This document shows positions 60,101-64,000 of a stretch of DNA of 64,000 nucleotides, in pieces. A program made the position numbers and the translations under genes. Each line of letters opens with the position of its first letter. Within the stretch, counting starts at the first letter, position 1. The notes below the pieces were generated by a model. That model was not told the origin of the DNA, did no database searches, and worked only from the letters and a program-made list of their open reading frames with translations. This stretch comes from Eledone cirrhosa (taxonomy: Eukaryota): assembly GCA_964016885.1 (NCBI GenBank), contig OZ024741.1, forward strand, positions 32,488,001 through 32,552,000, written 5' to 3'.

Positions 60101-63100
60101 GATGTTATACAACATGGCTGTATACTATTTGTATTTATTCCAGATGTAATAAGCCTACATATCTCAGATGTTATACAACATGGCTGTATAATATTTGTAT
60201 TTATTCCATATGTAATAAGCCTACATTTCGAAGTTGTTATACAGCATGGCTGTATAATATTTGTACTTATTCCAGATGTAATAAGCCTACATTTCTCAGA
60301 TGTTATACAACATGGCTGTATAATATTTGTATTTATTCCAGATGTAATAAGCCTACATATCTCAGATGTTATACAACATGGCTGTATCATATTTGTTTTT
60401 ATTCCAGAATTAATAAGCCTACATATCTCAGATGTTATACAGCATGGCTGTATACTATTTGTATTTATTCCAGATGTAATAAGCCTACATATCTCAGATG
60501 TTATACAACATGGCTGTATAATATTTGTATTTATTCTATATGTAAAAAGCCTACATTTCGAAGTTGTTATACAGCATGGCTGTATAATATTTGTATTTAT
60601 TCCAGATGTAATAAGCCTACATATCTCAGATGTTATACAACATGGCTGTAGACTATTTGTATTTATTCCAGATGTAATAAACCTACATATCTCAGATGTT
60701 ATACAACATGGCTGTATAATATTTGTATTTATTCCAGATGTAATAAGCCTACATATCTCAGATGTTATACAACATGGCTGTATAATATTTGTATTTATTC
60801 CAGATCTAATAAGCCTACATATCTCAGATTTTATACAACATGGCTGTATAATATTTGTACTTATTGCAGATGTAATAAGCCTACATATCTCAGATGTTAT
60901 ACAACATGGCTGTATACTATTTCTATTTATTCAAGATGTAATAAGCCTACATATCTCAGATGTTATACAACATGGCTGTATAATATTTGTATTTATTCCA
61001 GATGTAATATGCCTACATATCTCAGTTGTTATACAACATGGCTGTATAATATTTGTATTTATTCCAGATGTAATAAATCTACATATCTCAGTTGTTATAC
61101 AACATGTCTGTATAATATTTGTATTTATTGCAGATGTAATAAGCCTACATATCTCAGTTGTTATACAACATGGCTGTATAATATTTGTATTTATTCCAGA
61201 TGTAATATGCCTACATATCTCAGTTTTTATACAACATGGCTGTATAATATTTGTATTTATTGCAGATGTAATAAGCCTACATATCTCAGTTGTTATACAA
61301 CATGTCTGTATAATATTTGTATTTATTCTAGATGTAATAAGCCTACATATCTCAGTTGTTATACAACATGGCTGTATAATATTTGTATTTATTCCAGATG
61401 TAATAAGCCTAGATATCTCAGTTGTTATACAACATGTCTGTATAATATTTGTATTTATTCCAGATGTAATAAGCCTACATATCTCAGTTGTTATACAACA
61501 TGGCTGTATAACATTTGTATTTATTCCAGATGTAATATGCCTACATATCTCAGTTGTTATACAACATGGCTGTATAATATTTGTATTTATTCCAGATGTA
61601 ATAAACCTACATATCTCAGTTGTTATACAACATGTCTGTATAATATCTGTATTTATTCCAGATGTAATAAGCCTACATATCTCAGTTGTTATACAACATG
61701 GCTGTATAATATTTGTATTTATTCCAGATGTAATATGCCTACATATCTCAGTTGTTATACAACATGGCTGTATAATATTTGTATTTATTCCAGATGTAAT
61801 AAGCCTACATATCTCAGTTGTTATGCAACATGGCTGTATAATATTTGTATTTATTCCAGATGTAATAAACCTACATATCCCAGATGTTATACAACATGGC
61901 TGTATAATATTTGTATTTATTCCAGATGTAATAAGCCTACATTTCGCAGTTGTTATACAGCATGGCTGTATAATATTTGTATTTATTCCAGATGTAATAA
62001 GCCTACATATCTCAGATGTTATACAACATGGCTGTATAATTTTTTGTATTTATTCCATATGTAATAAGCCTACATTTCGCAGTTGTTATACAGCATGGCT
62101 GTATAATATTTGTATTTATTCAAGATGTAATAAGCCTACATATCTCAAATGTCATACAACATGGCTGTATAATATTTGTATTTATTCCAGATGTAATAAG
62201 CCTACATATCTCAGTTGTTATACAACATGTCTGTATAATATTTGTATTTATTCCAGATGTAATAAGCCTACATATCTCAGTTGTTATACAACATGGCTGT
62301 ATAATATTTGTATTTATTCCAGATGTAATATGCCTACATATCTCAGTTGTTATACAACATGGCTGTAAAATATTTGTATTTATTCCAGATGTAATAAACC
62401 TACATGTCTCAGTTGTTATACAACATGTCTGTATAATATCTGTATTTATTCCAGATGTAATAAGCCTACATATCTCAGTTGTTATACAACATGGCTGTAT
62501 AATATTTGTATTTATTCCAGATGTAATATGCCTACATATCTCAGTTGTTATACAACATGGCTGTATAATAGTTGTATTTATTCCAGATGTAATAAGCCTA
62601 CATATCTCAGTTGTTATGCAACATGGCTGTATAACATTTGTATTTATTCCAGATGTAATAAGCCTACATATCTCAGATGTTATACAACATGGCTGTATAA
62701 TATTTGTATTTATTCCAGATGTAATAAGCCTACATTTCGCAGTTGTTATACAGCATGGCTGTATAATATTTGTATTTATTCCAGATGTAATAAGCCTACA
62801 TATCTCAGATGTTATACAACATGGCTGTATAATATTTGTATTTATTCCATATGTAATAAGCCTACATTTCGCAGTTGTTATACAGCATGGCTGTATAATA
62901 TTTGTATTTATTCAAGATGTAATAAGCCTACATATCTCAATTGTCATACAACATGGCTGTATAATATTTGTATTTATTCCAGATGTAATAAGCCTACATA
63001 TCTCAGTTGTTATACAACATGGCTGTAGACTATTTGTATTTATTCCAGATGTAATAAGCCTACATATCTCAGATGTTATACAACATGGCTGTATAATATT

Positions 63101-64000
63101 TGTATTTATTCCAGATGTAATAAGCCTACATATCTCAGATGTTATACAACATGGCTGTATAATATTTGTATTTATTCCAGATCTAATAAGCCTACATATC
63201 TCAGTTTTTATACAACATGGCTGTATAATATTTGTACTTATTGCAGATGTAATAAGCCTACATATCTCAGATGTTATACAACATGGCTGTATACTATTTG
63301 TATTTATTCCAGATGTAATAAGCCTACATATCTCAGATGTTATACAACATGGCTGTATAATATTTGTATTTATTCCAGATGTAATATGCCTACATATCTC
63401 AGTTGTTATACAACATGGCTGTATAATATTTGTATTTATTCCAGATGTAATAAGCCTACATATCTCAGTTGTTATACAACATGGCTGTATAATATTTGTA
63501 TTTATTCCAGATGTAATAAGCCTACATATCTCAGTTTTTATACAACATGGCTGTATAATATTTGTAATTATTGCAGATGTAATAAGCCTACATATCTCAG
63601 ATGTTATACAACATGGCTGTATAATATTTGTATTTATTCCAGATGTAATAAGCCTACTTATCTCAGTTGTTATACAACATGGCTGTATAATATTTGTATT
63701 TATTCCAGATGTAATAAGCCTACATATCACAGATGTTATACAACATGGCTGTATACTATTTGTATTTATTCCAGATGTAATAAGCCTACAAATCTCAGAT
63801 GTTATACAACATGGCTGTATAATATTTGTATTTATTCCAGATGTAATAAGCCTACATATCTCAGATGTTATACAACATGGCTGTATCATATTTGTTTTTA
63901 TTCCAGATGTAATAAGCCTACATATCTCAGATGTTATACAACATGGCTGTATACTATCTGTATTTATTCCAGATGTAATAAGCCTACATATCTCAGATGT
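45131..64000 (+). repeat. ~24.2 kb segmental tandem duplication, copy 2 (truncated by the window end; matches copy 1 up to ~39969)
   Basis: Same markers as copy 1. The match fails at 20892/45121 and 20901/45130 and holds from the CCATATG variant (~20991/~45220) onward, which brackets the junction to ~45131-45220. Confidence 0.93.

Larger units (their letters stand above)
1..64000 (+). repeat. 66-bp satellite DNA tandem array (969 complete monomers, ~29% GC, single orientation, open at both window ends)
   Basis: A monomer starts at position 1 (GTAATAAGCC) and the last one starts at 63975. 63974 = 969x66 + 20, matching 20 one-base insertions counted independently. The consensus has 19/66 G+C. 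Monomers typically differ from consensus by 0-4 substitutions. All ORF translations have a 22-aa period. Confidence 0.99.

Noticed and set aside
28-63889. All ORFs in the six-frame track as genuine CDS (Cys-rich, zinc-finger-like or membrane repeat proteins)
   Set aside because: They overlap in three frames, consist only of the 22-aa period, start and stop at satellite SNPs, switch peptide at the +1 monomers, and have no unique domains or recognisable zinc-finger spacing.
1-64000. CRISPR array (the 66-bp period and a palindrome resemble repeat+spacer length)
   Set aside because: The entire 66 bp is conserved between units. There are no unique spacers, leader or cas genes.
1-64000. Variant order as an information-bearing code, a diversity-generating cassette system, or rolling-circle/telomerase-like synthesis
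   Set aside because: The variant order is explained by nested duplications of existing blocks. No enzyme gene, template or recombination site is present, and a single-template concatemer would not give shared hierarchical variants.
1-64000. Whole array as a sequencing or assembly artefact
   Set aside because: Linked multi-site variants recur in consistent order, and random indels are essentially absent, as expected of accurate sequence from a real satellite. Only the copy number of the large blocks remains uncertain.

Overview
The whole 64 kb window is one uninterrupted, head-to-tail, AT-rich (~29% GC) satellite array of a 66-bp monomer, consensus GTAATAAGCCTACATATCTCAG(T/A)TGTTATACAACATGGCTGTATAATATTTGTATTTATTCCAGAT. 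It runs off both ends. It holds 969 complete monomers plus a 26-bp partial one. Twenty monomers are 67 bp (a single +1 insertion), and these account for the whole phase drift across the window. I found no unique sequence, inversion, transposon, RNA gene, CRISPR spacers or credible gene. The long ORFs are a by-product of a monomer that is a multiple of 3 and stop-free in three frames, and recurrent variants break all three frames. The informative structure is the order of monomer variants, which shows nested duplications: a 21-24 bp sub-repeat and a dyad inside the monomer, an ordered 6-monomer cassette repeated 12 monomers later, 8-, 10-, 21- and 42-monomer and ~4-6 kb duplications, two interleaved variant subfamilies, and a near-identical ~24.2 kb tandem duplication. 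The architecture resembles eukaryotic heterochromatic or centromeric satellite DNA, but organism, family name and function cannot be determined from the sequence alone. All comparisons were done by eye, so variant lists may be incomplete.
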